From: Patescibacteria group bacterium
GTDB lineage: Bacteria > Patescibacteriota > Minisyncoccia > UBA6257 > JACRHW01
Reading direction: 5' to 3'
Length of the DNA stretch: 64,000 bases
Assembly (NCBI GenBank): GCA_028865725.1
Contig: JAGWJP010000002.1
Span: 104,050 to 168,049 of the forward strand
Below, one piece after another: positions 19,183 through 28,524 of the stretch. Each line of letters starts with the position of its first letter. Within the stretch, counting starts at the first letter, position 1. The notes beneath the pieces are model-generated. The model had not been told where the DNA came from. It did no database searches and saw only the letters and a list, made by a program, of their open reading frames with translations. A program made the translations under genes and the position numbers.

Positions 19183-20232
19183 CTAGCCTCTTACCGAATA
19201 GGTACCATCAGCATTCTTTTGGAAATGTTGACGGTTCTGAAGATTCAACAAGATAGTATTTTCTTTTACCAAACGCTGTGCCTTTACCATTTGTGTCAAC
19301 GAATCAGCCTGAAGCGGCCCGTGCTTCGTGAGCAAACTCTGCAGTACGTCACGCACAGTTCCTTCCTCAAACCCCCACTCTTTCAAAGCATACACGCCAC
19401 GCCCCACCAGCACAAAGCGGGGATCCTTAATCAACTCGTTGTGTACGGTAAGAGGATGGCTCTTCTTGGGTGCAAACTTTGCTTCATTAATCACTTGAGT
19501 AATGTGACGAAAGTGCAATGGTTTTGCATGACGCTTTAATACCAAGAACGCCTTGTCACGTGCGCCGCGCGGCGCAATTTCTTTCCATGACACAAGCCCG
19601 AATTCACCAAACACATTCTTGCCAAATAATTTTGAAAGAGAAATCAGGTTGTGGAGATATTCCTCTGAAGCAAGCGCCCCCTTCTTTGAGAACTGTTTGA
19701 AATGATCAGCGATTACGTTTTCGGCCAAAGGATGTTCAACTTCTTCAAGATATCCTTGGAATTTTGCCACCGTATCCTTTGCACGTGCCAATGACGCCGC
19801 ATCGCGATACCATGCAGCGTGAAACTCCTCCGTCTCAGGAAAATGCTTCAATCCAGCCTGTTCAAGAACAAAATAAAAGTAAGGATATAATTGGCGCGCC
19901 TTCTTTGTGTCACCCACTCCAAAATAGGGCGCTACCGCCGCAAGAAAGACATCCTCTTTTGCAATACCACCCTTTCCCGCGAGATACGCGTTAGTTTCTT
20001 TAACAGAGGCCTCAAACACATCAAAGACATTATGTTTTTTTAAGCTCGCAAGTGCCGCCGCCTCGATCTGGCGCACGCGTTCACGAGTAATAGAGTACTC
20101 GTGTCCAATTGCTTCAAGCGTAACAAACTTACCGGTCTTTAATCCGTATCGTTTTTCGAGGATCACCCGAGAGCGTTTGCCAAGCACTCCTAATGCATCC
20201 TGGACTAATTGAGAAAGTGATTTTTTTTCCAT
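19183..20232 (-). CDS. DNA-binding protein with sigma-70 region-4-like HTH and C-terminal HARE-HTH-like domain
   Basis: 349 aa; N-terminal TLEAIGHEYSITRERVRQIEAAALASLKK resembles RpoD region 4.2; C-terminal PLHFRHITQVINEA...RFVLVGRGVYALKEW resembles HARE-HTH. Confidence 0.5.
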   Translation of the reverse strand: MEKKSLSQLVQDALGVLGKRSRVILEKRYGLKTGKFVTLEAIGHEYSITRERVRQIEAAALASLKKHNVFDVFEASVKETNAYLAGKGGIAKEDVFLAAVAPYFGVGDTKKARQLYPYFYFVLEQAGLKHFPETEEFHAAWYRDAASLARAKDTVAKFQGYLEEVEHPLAENVIADHFKQFSKKGALASEEYLHNLISLSKLFGKNVFGEFGLVSWKEIAPRGARDKAFLVLKRHAKPLHFRHITQVINEAKFAPKKSHPLTVHNELIKDPRFVLVGRGVYALKEWGFEEGTVRDVLQSLLTKHGPLQADSLTQMVKAQRLVKENTILLNLQNRQHFQKNADGTYSVRG

Positions 20233-20523
20233 AATATAAATATTGTTGAGAACACGTGAAAATAACGACCATTATCTTCTCCGCACTCTTTCTTCAAATA
20301 ATATAACACAGACCATTTTTAAAGTCAAACCATTCGCGCGCACGTCTTCCTCAAAATTCCGCGCAATGATTGGCCTCTCTTGGGAAACTCCTAATTCTTT
20401 AATCCGCAAATATACCCCATACACCTTTTAACCACATCTCAAATAAAAAGTAAAGTAATTTTTAGCTCTCTTCTTCTTTCATTATTACTGCCCCATATTT
20501 CTTCTCTTCCTTACCTCAACTTA

Positions 20524-21414
20524 TTACTTTTTCTTCGCTTTGCTATAGGCAATATCGACAAGAATTGGGCTTGCGATGAAAATAGAAGAGTAAGTTCCCG
20601 TGGTGATGCCAATCAAAAGTGTCAGAATAAAATAGCGAAGATTAGGTTCTCCAAAGATGAAGAGGGACAACAATACCAACAACACTGTGAGAGACGTATT
20701 AACGGATCGTGCAAATGTCTCCACCATGCTTCTATTTACGAGTTCTTCAAACGAAATCTTTTCTGTGACGCGGCGTAAATTTTCACGCACGCGATCAAAC
20801 ACCACAATCGTATCATGCACAGAGAACCCCATCACCACAAGCATTGCCACCACAAAATTCGAATCAATTTCGACATGCTTAAAATGTCCTAGGAACGAGA
20901 ACACGCCCGCAGGCACGATCGCATCATGAAATAACGTAAACAAGGTGACAAAGCCATACACCCAGGACGAGAGCGGGCGCGATACTTCGCGAAATGCAAA
21001 TGCAATATACAATGAGATGCCAAATAACACAAAGAGAATCGCCGTCATAGCCTTGCTACGCAACTCATCTGAAATAGCAGGACCAATTACTGCAAATTGC
21101 TCTTCGATGACATCAGGATACGCGCCACGCAATGCGGTAAGAAGCTGTTGGTGCTTCACTTCCGGCACTTCCTCAAAACGAAGCATAAGCTCATCGGTAC
21201 CGAGCGGCTCTGCCGAAACGTAGGGAATCCCCTGCTGTGCAAAGAGGGCGCTAATAGTTTTTATATCCATGTGCTGCGCTTTGACCTGCCATGAGGATCC
21301 ACCCGTAAAATCAATCCCAAGACGAAACCCCCACAACAATAATGCAGCCAGAGACGCAATGATCACTACTCCCGAAATGCTATAATATAGTTTCCTGTGT
21401 CCAATGATATTCAT
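20524..21414 (-). CDS. secF: Protein translocase subunit SecF
   Basis: 296 aa; six-TM SecF architecture, conserved GIDFTGG periplasmic region. Confidence 0.9.
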   Translation of the reverse strand: MNIIGHRKLYYSISGVVIIASLAALLLWGFRLGIDFTGGSSWQVKAQHMDIKTISALFAQQGIPYVSAEPLGTDELMLRFEEVPEVKHQQLLTALRGAYPDVIEEQFAVIGPAISDELRSKAMTAILFVLFGISLYIAFAFREVSRPLSSWVYGFVTLFTLFHDAIVPAGVFSFLGHFKHVEIDSNFVVAMLVVMGFSVHDTIVVFDRVRENLRRVTEKISFEELVNRSMVETFARSVNTSLTVLLVLLSLFIFGEPNLRYFILTLLIGITTGTYSSIFIASPILVDIAYSKAKKK

Positions 21415-21431
21415 AGGTCATTAATATGAAG

Positions 21432-22751
21432 TTAGGATTTTAAAAATATCCGAAGCATGCTCCTCGTCACCGTAATGGCAGTAAACATGCTTACGAGTAC
21501 GCCAATAAGGAGTGTCAGTGCAAATCCCTGCACGATAGAAGTCGTAAAAGTATAGAGTACGAGGCTCGTAATAATTGTCGAAACGTTCGAATCGCGAATG
21601 GACGTCCATGCGCGGCGAAATCCTTCCTCAATAGCCTGCGCCCCCGTTCTCCCTCGTTTTCGTTCTTCTTTAATGCGTTCAAAGATCAAGATGTTTGCGT
21701 CTACTGCCATACCGATAGAAAGCACAAATCCCGCAATACCCGCAAGCGTGAGCGTGACGGGGATTGTCTTGAAAATGGCGAGAACAAGCGCGGTATAAAT
21801 CAACAGAGCAAGCGACGCAAAAAACCCAAGGGTACCATAATAAAGAATCATAAACGCAAACACAATAAGAAGACCGATCGCCCCCGCTTTCACGCTGTGC
21901 TGCAACGCACTAGCCCCAAGGCTTGCGCCTACTGTCTGTTGTGCAATAAGGGTAATGGGGACAGGGAGCGCGCCTGCATTGAGATTAGCCGCGAGCTTCT
22001 TAGCTTCATCAAGCGTAAAGTTACCGGAAATCACGGCGGTACCTCCTGAAATTTTCTCTTGCACTACTGGAGCGGAAATAATATTTCCATCAATCGCAAT
22101 AGCGACACGTCTGCCCACATTACGAGCCGTGATATCGCCAAAAAGTTTTGCGCCTTCGCTATTAAATTGAAGCTGGACGGTGGGCTGGAACGTAGTCTTA
22201 TCGAAATCAAGCGATGCGCGGGTGAGATACTTCCCCGTAAGCGCTGTCGGCTCAAACGCATCTGCGCTAAGACTGTCAGTCGATGACGCCGCAGCGGCTT
22301 GCGCGTTTTCTTCCCGGAATTCCAGATACGGAGTTTGGCCGATCGCCTGAATTGCAGCACTGATATCGTTAATCCCCGCAATTTCGACAATCAACCTCCA
22401 TGAATTTCCTATCTTTTGCGTTTCCACGCGCGGTTCGCTTACCCCAAACACATTCACGCGCCGCTCGATCACGTCTTTCAATCCACTCATTGTTGAATCT
22501 TGGTCAGCAGCCGGTACGCTGGATAAATCTGCCTGATATTCCAAATGCGCTCCTCCTGCGACATCAAGCCCCAGGACATAAGGTTTATTCCAAAAATGAG
22601 GTATTGAAACATCTTTGAGCCAGGAAACGTTCTGAATACCCCGCGTCGCGGCATCGGCCCCCTTATCCCACAGAGACGGATAATCATAAAATCCAGCTCC
22701 CACTGCGATAATCACGATTACGATAAAAATAGAAAGATAATGTTTACGCAT
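21432..22751 (-). CDS. secD: Protein translocase subunit SecD
   Basis: 439 aa; LGLDVAGG motif, large periplasmic domain, C-terminal six TM helices, 18-nt spacing to secF. Confidence 0.9.
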   Translation of the reverse strand: MRKHYLSIFIVIVIIAVGAGFYDYPSLWDKGADAATRGIQNVSWLKDVSIPHFWNKPYVLGLDVAGGAHLEYQADLSSVPAADQDSTMSGLKDVIERRVNVFGVSEPRVETQKIGNSWRLIVEIAGINDISAAIQAIGQTPYLEFREENAQAAAASSTDSLSADAFEPTALTGKYLTRASLDFDKTTFQPTVQLQFNSEGAKLFGDITARNVGRRVAIAIDGNIISAPVVQEKISGGTAVISGNFTLDEAKKLAANLNAGALPVPITLIAQQTVGASLGASALQHSVKAGAIGLLIVFAFMILYYGTLGFFASLALLIYTALVLAIFKTIPVTLTLAGIAGFVLSIGMAVDANILIFERIKEERKRGRTGAQAIEEGFRRAWTSIRDSNVSTIITSLVLYTFTTSIVQGFALTLLIGVLVSMFTAITVTRSMLRIFLKS

Positions 22752-22860
22752 AGAAATAATAAAAATTCAAAATGTACAATTCACAACACCACAGGCAAAA
22801 ACTTAAAAAAATAAATGTACTTATCTTGTTTGCCTCATTCATCCGCATTATGCGGACTCA

Positions 22861-22988
22861 TGTGCCCCCAGTAGGCTCGGTCACAAGTTTGCCTTCGGGC
22901 AACTCGCGACCCCGCCTCCCCGCCCCGGGCAGGTCCGGCTTTCGAGTCCAAACGTGAGTGAAATCATTCACTCACTCTGTGTGCACTC
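22861..22988 (-). mobile_element. tRNA-Lys-associated miniature element: 113-bp insert bounded by 15-bp direct repeat of the tRNA 3' end, with conserved core shared with the tRNA-Asn locus
   Basis: TGTGCCCCCAGTAGG at 22861..22875 repeats 22989..23003 (tRNA-Lys T-stem/acceptor 3' half). Internal core CGGTCACAA-hairpin-TCGCGACCCCGCCTCCCC...GGTCCGGCTTTCGAGTCC matches 60927..61005. Confidence 0.55.
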
Positions 22989-22990
22989 TG

Positions 22991-23063
22991 TGCCCCCAGT
23001 AGGACTCGAACCTACGACCGTTTGCTTAAAAGGCAACTGCTCTACCAACTGAGCTATAGGGGC
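22991..23063 (-). tRNA. tRNA-Lys (anticodon UUU)
   Basis: 73-nt cloverleaf on minus strand: acceptor GCCCCTA/TGGGGGC, D-arm GCTC-AGTTGGTA-GAGC, anticodon loop CTTTTAA, T-arm GTAGG-TTCGAGT-CCTAC, discriminator A; CCA not encoded. Confidence 0.9.
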
Positions 23064-23169
23064 ATTCACATTTTGTAGACATTCTGTGCATTATTGTACG
23101 GAATATTTTGAAAAAAAACAAGATTCTGTGACATAAAGTATGAGGCATGGAAAAAATAAAAAAGCCGCT

Positions 23170-23203
23170 CGGTGATTCCGAAAACGGCTTATACCCAAAA
23201 AAT
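23170..23203 (-). terminator. Rho-independent terminator of gene 23207..24142
   Basis: Minus-strand hairpin AAGCCG...CGGCTT followed by TTTTTTATTTTTT. Confidence 0.55.
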
Positions 23204-23206
23204 TAA

Positions 23207-24142
23207 TTAATGCCCATCGGGATGCAAAACCTCATTCAGCTCTCCATCCCTATCATGCGCATCCGCAACAGCCCTTGCGACACTTGCCTGCGTTGATTTG
23301 CAGGTACGCACAAGCGCATCAAGATCTTGATCTTCATGATCATCGTGCTGCGTCCCCGCCAGCTTTTCAAGCAAACTCATCAACGCGTGATTACTCCTCG
23401 CCGCAATCAATTCTTCCTTCATCCTACAAAGAAGCTGTTCGGCTCTCTGAATCACACCACGGAATGTCGCGAAATAATGCGTTCGCCCGAGGTCGCTGTC
23501 GATCACGAGTCCATACGTATTCTCGTAACTCGTCAAATAATCCACGATCATCTGGACTACCTCGACCAAGCGCGCGCGAATCGCGATCGCCTCTTCTCGA
23601 GAAATACTCTCGTCAAGCAAAAGATCAATCACCATTTTACCGAGCTCGCCCGGCACATCGCCGAGACCGTGAAGCCGCGTCTGAGGACGCATTTCAAGAT
23701 CTTCCGCCGAAGGAACCGCCCCCGGCTCACGCTTATCACCCTTAATATAAGGCCATGTGGCCTCAACCGCAAAAAACTCAATCAGTTCCTGCCCAGCCTT
23801 GCTCGTAAACTCGGTAAACTTCGAATTCGGCACATGAAGACTCAAAATCCTGTCCCAACACGCACGCATGGTATTTTTGTGCGTTTCAAGATTATCCTCA
23901 TCGCCTCTCTTCAAGGCATTGATCGCACTCTTCGAGGCAAGATTATGCTCCGTGAGATTTTGATATCCTTGCCCAATACTTCTCCGAAGCTTTTCAAAAA
24001 GATCCGCGAGGGAAACTTCCTCACCCCTTAACTGCTCACGATCATTTCTCAACGATTCTCTAAAATAATTCACTTTTTCCTTTTCCTTTCTTTTCAATAT
24101 CGCACCCATAGGATACGACGTTCTGGTGGTCATATACCACAA
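23207..24142 (-). CDS. Hypothetical protein (311 aa)
   Basis: Long ORF with good coding periodicity, own terminator; no motif recognised. Confidence 0.45.
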   Translation of the reverse strand: MWYMTTRTSYPMGAILKRKEKEKVNYFRESLRNDREQLRGEEVSLADLFEKLRRSIGQGYQNLTEHNLASKSAINALKRGDEDNLETHKNTMRACWDRILSLHVPNSKFTEFTSKAGQELIEFFAVEATWPYIKGDKREPGAVPSAEDLEMRPQTRLHGLGDVPGELGKMVIDLLLDESISREEAIAIRARLVEVVQMIVDYLTSYENTYGLVIDSDLGRTHYFATFRGVIQRAEQLLCRMKEELIAARSNHALMSLLEKLAGTQHDDHEDQDLDALVRTCKSTQASVARAVADAHDRDGELNEVLHPDGH

Positions 24143-24217
24143 AACATAGAATCATGTCAAATTTTGGGTTTGTTTTGCCTCCAAACAAAAAACCCCGCAG
24201 AAACGGGGCTTTTTGTC

Positions 24218-24412
24218 TTAGCGCTGGAAATCACGACGTGGGGGGCGTGACTGCGCGTGATTTGCACGAAAGCAATCACTGCAATACACCGGTCGGTCTC
24301 CTCGTGGCTGAAAAGGAACTTCCGTATCCTTTCCGCAATCGGCGCATTTCGCCGGGTACATCGGACGATCCCCTCGGTTGTAGCCACCTCCACGATTGTT
24401 ATCTGAAAACAT
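24218..24412 (-). CDS. Small zinc-ribbon protein (CxxCG-x16-CxxC), RGG/Pro-rich flanks
   Basis: 64 aa; CADCGKDTEVPFQPRGDRPVYCSDC, same motif as the C-terminus of the 16058..17818 ATPase. Confidence 0.55.
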   Translation of the reverse strand: MFSDNNRGGGYNRGDRPMYPAKCADCGKDTEVPFQPRGDRPVYCSDCFRANHAQSRPPRRDFQR

Positions 24413-24667
24413 GGATTATGTTCTCACAATATTTAAAAACGAGAACAAAAACGTTGAGCCTTTTATGCATTGCGAAAGAATCCCGCCGCAATGCATCTCC
24501 TTTTATATCCACAAAAGGAAGGTCCACTTACTATTCTATTTTCTTACATTGAGAGTCCGTTAAGACCTTTGATCTTCGCCTCTGCGAGGCACTAGATACC
24601 ACAAAGTTTACCCCAGGAATCTCGCAAAGTCAAACCCACCTATTTGAGCCTGAACTGCCTGCGTTAT

Positions 24668-25369
24668 CTAGTGCACTGTACGCCACTCATCTATCTTTTT
24701 TGGATCACCGGAAAATAGTATGTCGGGCACATCCCACGAAACTCCCTTCTTCGGAGAAAACTCGCGAGGACGCGTATACACCGCGTAGCCTTTCACCGCA
24801 CGGGTCTCTTCAATTGATTCTTCGTTTCCTAAAACTCCCGGCACAAGGCGCGTCACTGCGTCGACAACTGCCATTGCGGGGACTTCGCCGCCGGAGAGTA
24901 CGTAATTTCCCACAGAAATAACATCAGTCGATAAAAACTCTTTCACGCGCTCGTCGATTCCTTCATAATGCCCACAAATAAGAATAATGTGCGCGGAGTG
25001 GCGTCGTGTTGTTGCGCCTGAAATAAAAGAGTGTGCTTTTTCCTGAGTAAAGAGTTCGCCCTTAGTATCAAAAAACACGATGCGCCATTTTTGCGTGTCT
25101 ACTGCAATCCTTCCTTTCGTGTCGAGCTTAAAATCCTTTTTCATGATGTGTCGAATGGTGTGTGTTAAAGGCTCTACCATCATCACCATACCCGGACCGC
25201 CTCCAAAAGGACGATCGTCTACCTTGTGATGCCGATCACTCGAAAAATCACGCACATTGTGCACGACAATCTTCACCCGCTTTTCCTCTTGTGCACGCTT
25301 CAAAATAGAGGAATCAAAATATCCCTTCACCCCTTCAGGAAATATGGTAATCACATGAAAAATAAGCAT
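24668..25369 (-). CDS. trmD: tRNA (guanine37-N1)-methyltransferase TrmD
   Basis: SPOUT fold motifs; GEVPAMAVVDAVTRLVPGVLG AdoMet-binding loop; ORF track start (25459) likely over-extended, ATG at 25369 gives MLIFHVITIFPE. Confidence 0.9.
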   Translation of the reverse strand: MLIFHVITIFPEGVKGYFDSSILKRAQEEKRVKIVVHNVRDFSSDRHHKVDDRPFGGGPGMVMMVEPLTHTIRHIMKKDFKLDTKGRIAVDTQKWRIVFFDTKGELFTQEKAHSFISGATTRRHSAHIILICGHYEGIDERVKEFLSTDVISVGNYVLSGGEVPAMAVVDAVTRLVPGVLGNEESIEETRAVKGYAVYTRPREFSPKKGVSWDVPDILFSGDPKKIDEWRTVH

Positions 25370-25401
25370 AAGCAAAATATAAATTTTGGGCAACTTAGAC
25401 C

Positions 25402-25938
25402 TTAGACGCGCGAAGACTCCGAATACCACGCGTGCTTCATACACACCACGGAAATCCATGCTACCACACCTCCCGCAATGATGTCACTCATATAATGTAC
25501 GCCGAGTACCACGCGGGAAAGAGCAATGCTCGCCGCGAACACAAAATACCACGCTCCTATTTTCCTGTGGAGTACATACATCCCTCCTGCAAGTGCGCCA
25601 TAAAACGCAGCGTGCCCCGAGGGAAACGAGGCCGAAAGAGGAGGAGGAATAATTAAATGAAGAGAGGAAATGGCGAGAAACGGACGCGGGCGATGCCATA
25701 CCAGACGAATCCCTTCCGTAATAATCAAACGTGAAAGGAGCGCAGACAAGGAAAGAAAAAGAAAAGCACGTATCCCCTCTCCTTTCTTGTATGATTGGTA
25801 GGAATACCAAAGCGCGCCTATAATAAGCAGATAACCCAAGTCATTAGTAATAAACACAAGAAGTGCATTCATAAATGACGTACGGTTCACGAACCCATTC
25901 AGATATTCTACTATCGCGATATCAGAATACATAAACAA
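25402..25938 (-). CDS. PAP2-family phosphatase (undecaprenyl-diphosphatase/phosphatidic acid phosphatase type 2)
   Basis: 178 aa; PAP2 motifs PSGH and SRVVLGVHYMSD, multiple TM helices. Confidence 0.75.
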   Translation of the reverse strand: MFMYSDIAIVEYLNGFVNRTSFMNALLVFITNDLGYLLIIGALWYSYQSYKKGEGIRAFLFLSLSALLSRLIITEGIRLVWHRPRPFLAISSLHLIIPPPLSASFPSGHAAFYGALAGGMYVLHRKIGAWYFVFAASIALSRVVLGVHYMSDIIAGGVVAWISVVCMKHAWYSESSRV

Positions 25939-26011
25939 ATCGTTTTTTCATACACCAGAGATCCCCGCCTTGCCGAGTCGGGGCAAGCTTCGCGTTCCTC
26001 AGGATGACAAA

Positions 26012-28435
26012 CTATTTGATAACAAAGTTGATAAGTTTATCGGGAACATACACTACGCGCACAATTGTTTTTCCTTCTAAGTACTGCGAAACGTGTCCTG
26101 CGCGTTTTGCAGTCTCGATATTTGCGTCTTTCGTGCTTCCACGTGAAGTCTCAAATGACCCACGCATTTTTCCGTTCACCTGAATCACAATTGATACCAA
26201 TTCCTCCTCTAAACGCGCGGCGTCGTACTGAGGCCAGGTTTCTCGGTGAACAGAAGTGGTGTGCCCTTGTGTATGCCATAACTCCTCGCTCATGTGAGGC
26301 GCAAACGGTGCCAAAATATGCAAGAAACTATTCCACGCCTCCTGCGGTACTATATCCGCCTTATAACACTCATTCGTAAAAATCATAAGCGCAGAAATAG
26401 CGGTATTAAAACTCATTGATTCGATATCTTCCGTTACTTTTTTTATCGTCTTCTGAAGAAGCCGCGTAATACTCTCATTCTCACCCCGCCCCACAGACCC
26501 TTTCTGCGCGATATCCCACACTTTCCCTAAGAAACGATGTGCTCCATTTAACCCACGCTCGTCCCAAGGAATCGCCTGATCAAAGGGCCCCATAAACATT
26601 TCATAAATGCGCAAGGCATCTGCGCCAACAATATCTACCACGGTATCTGGATTTACCACATTGCCACGAGACTTCGACATCTTTTCTCCTCCTGAGGCTA
26701 ACACGATACCGTGCGATGTTCTTTTTTGATACGCCTCGCTTACCGGGGAAACACCAATATCATACAAAAACTTGTTCCAAAAACGTGAATAAAGAAGATG
26801 GAGCGTGGTGTGTTCCATGCCACCGTTATACCAATCAACGGGCATCCAATGCGTAAGCTTCTCTTTGTCTGCGAGACTGTTTGCGTTATGCGGATCAACG
26901 TAGCGCAAAAAGTACCAGCTTGAGCCTGCCCAGTTCGGCATCGTGTCTGTTTCGCGCTTAGCGCTACCGCCACAAACGGGACATGATACATTTACCCAAT
27001 CCGTCATTGATGCAAGGGGAGACTCCCCAGTGTCTGTAGGTTCGTATCGTTCAACTTCAGGAAGTTCCAGAGGCAAATCGTCCTCCGAAACAGGCTGCCA
27101 GCCACACGCATCACAATGAATCATGGGAATCGGCTCTCCCCAATATCGTTGTCGAGAAAATACCCAATCACGAAGCTTGTAGGTGGTATGAGGCTCCGCG
27201 CTCCCCTTCTCTTTCAGCCACTCAATAATCTTTGGACGCGCCTCACTTGAGGTCATCCCATCAAATCGCTGAGAGTGAATAAGTATCCCCTCACCTTCGA
27301 AACACACCTCAAGATTCTCTACTTGTGGCGCCAGGTCTTTATCGTCCGGAACAATAGAGGTTTTAAGAGGAATATTATATTTCTTCGCAAGCTCAAAATC
27401 ACGCGCATCATGCGCATCAGCAAATACCGCACCCGTGCCATAATGCGCAAGCACAAAATCTGCAACCCACACAGGCATCTCCTCCCCTGTTGCCGGGTTA
27501 GTAACATGTATACCACGAAGAGCAATGCCGCTTACGGGACGCTCAAAGGACGTTCTCTCGATATCACTTATATTACGCACCTCGGCACAATATTGCTCCA
27601 CCTCATCCCAGTTTGTAATTGAACCCTTCAGATCCTCAATCATGGGGTGTTCTGGTGCCAACACCACATACGTTCCTGAAAAAATAGTATCGATACGAGT
27701 CGTAAATACTTCGATACAGTGCTCGCTTCCTACTACAGGGAATTTCACGAGCGCGCCTGCTGAGGGGCCAATCCAGTTGCGTTGTCCTGTTTTTGCGGCA
27801 GGAATATAATCAACGCTATCTAAATCATCATAAAGGCGCTGCGCATACTGAGTAATCGCAAGCATCCATTGTTCTTTCTCTTTTTTCTCTACCGCAGTAC
27901 CGCAGCGCTCGCACGCTCCCCCAATTACCTCTTCGTTCGCAAGCCCAATCTTGTCTTTAGGACACCAGTTAATCGCCATCTTCGCCTTATATGCCAAGCC
28001 TTTTTTATAAAGCTGCAAAAAAATCCATTGCGTCCATTTATAGTATGTAGGGTCTGTGGTGTTTACCTCTCGATCCCAGTCAAACGAAAACCCAAGCGAC
28101 TTCAACTGCCGCCTGAAGGTATCCGTATTTTTCTTGGTAATTATTTTGGGGTGAATACCAGTCTTAATCGCATAATTTTCTGTCGGTAATCCAAATGCAT
28201 CCCATCCAAATGGATATAGTACGTTAAACCCCTGCATTCTACGCTTACGCGCAATAACATCCAATCCTGTATAAGGCCTAATATGCCCCACATGAAGCCC
28301 CTCGCCAGAAGGATAAGGAAACTCGACCAGCGCATAATATTTAGGCTTAGAGGAGGTATCATCTGCTCTGTAGATTTTCGACTCCTCCCACTTCTTCTGC
28401 CATTTTTTTTCTATTAGTTTATGATTGTAATTCAT
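26012..28435 (-). CDS. leuS: Leucyl-tRNA synthetase
   Basis: 807 aa; HVGH (HIGH) motif, KMSKS motif, editing CP1 domain, class I LeuS architecture. Confidence 0.95.
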   Translation of the reverse strand: MNYNHKLIEKKWQKKWEESKIYRADDTSSKPKYYALVEFPYPSGEGLHVGHIRPYTGLDVIARKRRMQGFNVLYPFGWDAFGLPTENYAIKTGIHPKIITKKNTDTFRRQLKSLGFSFDWDREVNTTDPTYYKWTQWIFLQLYKKGLAYKAKMAINWCPKDKIGLANEEVIGGACERCGTAVEKKEKEQWMLAITQYAQRLYDDLDSVDYIPAAKTGQRNWIGPSAGALVKFPVVGSEHCIEVFTTRIDTIFSGTYVVLAPEHPMIEDLKGSITNWDEVEQYCAEVRNISDIERTSFERPVSGIALRGIHVTNPATGEEMPVWVADFVLAHYGTGAVFADAHDARDFELAKKYNIPLKTSIVPDDKDLAPQVENLEVCFEGEGILIHSQRFDGMTSSEARPKIIEWLKEKGSAEPHTTYKLRDWVFSRQRYWGEPIPMIHCDACGWQPVSEDDLPLELPEVERYEPTDTGESPLASMTDWVNVSCPVCGGSAKRETDTMPNWAGSSWYFLRYVDPHNANSLADKEKLTHWMPVDWYNGGMEHTTLHLLYSRFWNKFLYDIGVSPVSEAYQKRTSHGIVLASGGEKMSKSRGNVVNPDTVVDIVGADALRIYEMFMGPFDQAIPWDERGLNGAHRFLGKVWDIAQKGSVGRGENESITRLLQKTIKKVTEDIESMSFNTAISALMIFTNECYKADIVPQEAWNSFLHILAPFAPHMSEELWHTQGHTTSVHRETWPQYDAARLEEELVSIVIQVNGKMRGSFETSRGSTKDANIETAKRAGHVSQYLEGKTIVRVVYVPDKLINFVIK

Positions 28436-28524
28436 AGTGCATCATCGAATACCGCTTCTATTAGGGTATCAAAATCACGGCAAAATACAAAAAATCACCG
28501 GAACGCCGGTGAAATAGTGAGACG

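Noticed and set aside
20233-20523. 290-bp gap upstream of secF as candidate ncRNA locus
   Set aside because: AT-rich, no stable conserved-looking stems or terminator. More likely an ordinary promoter region for the secDF operon.
22858-22960. tmRNA, SRP RNA or RNase P identity for the tRNA-linked conserved element (GGGGAGGCGGGG..., AGGTCCGG segments)
   Set aside because: 3' end mimics tRNA-Lys or tRNA-Asn rather than tRNA-Ala. No tag-peptide reading frame with resume codon. SRP domain IV consensus (GGAAGGAAGCAGCC) not matched. Att-site duplication explains the terminal repeats better.
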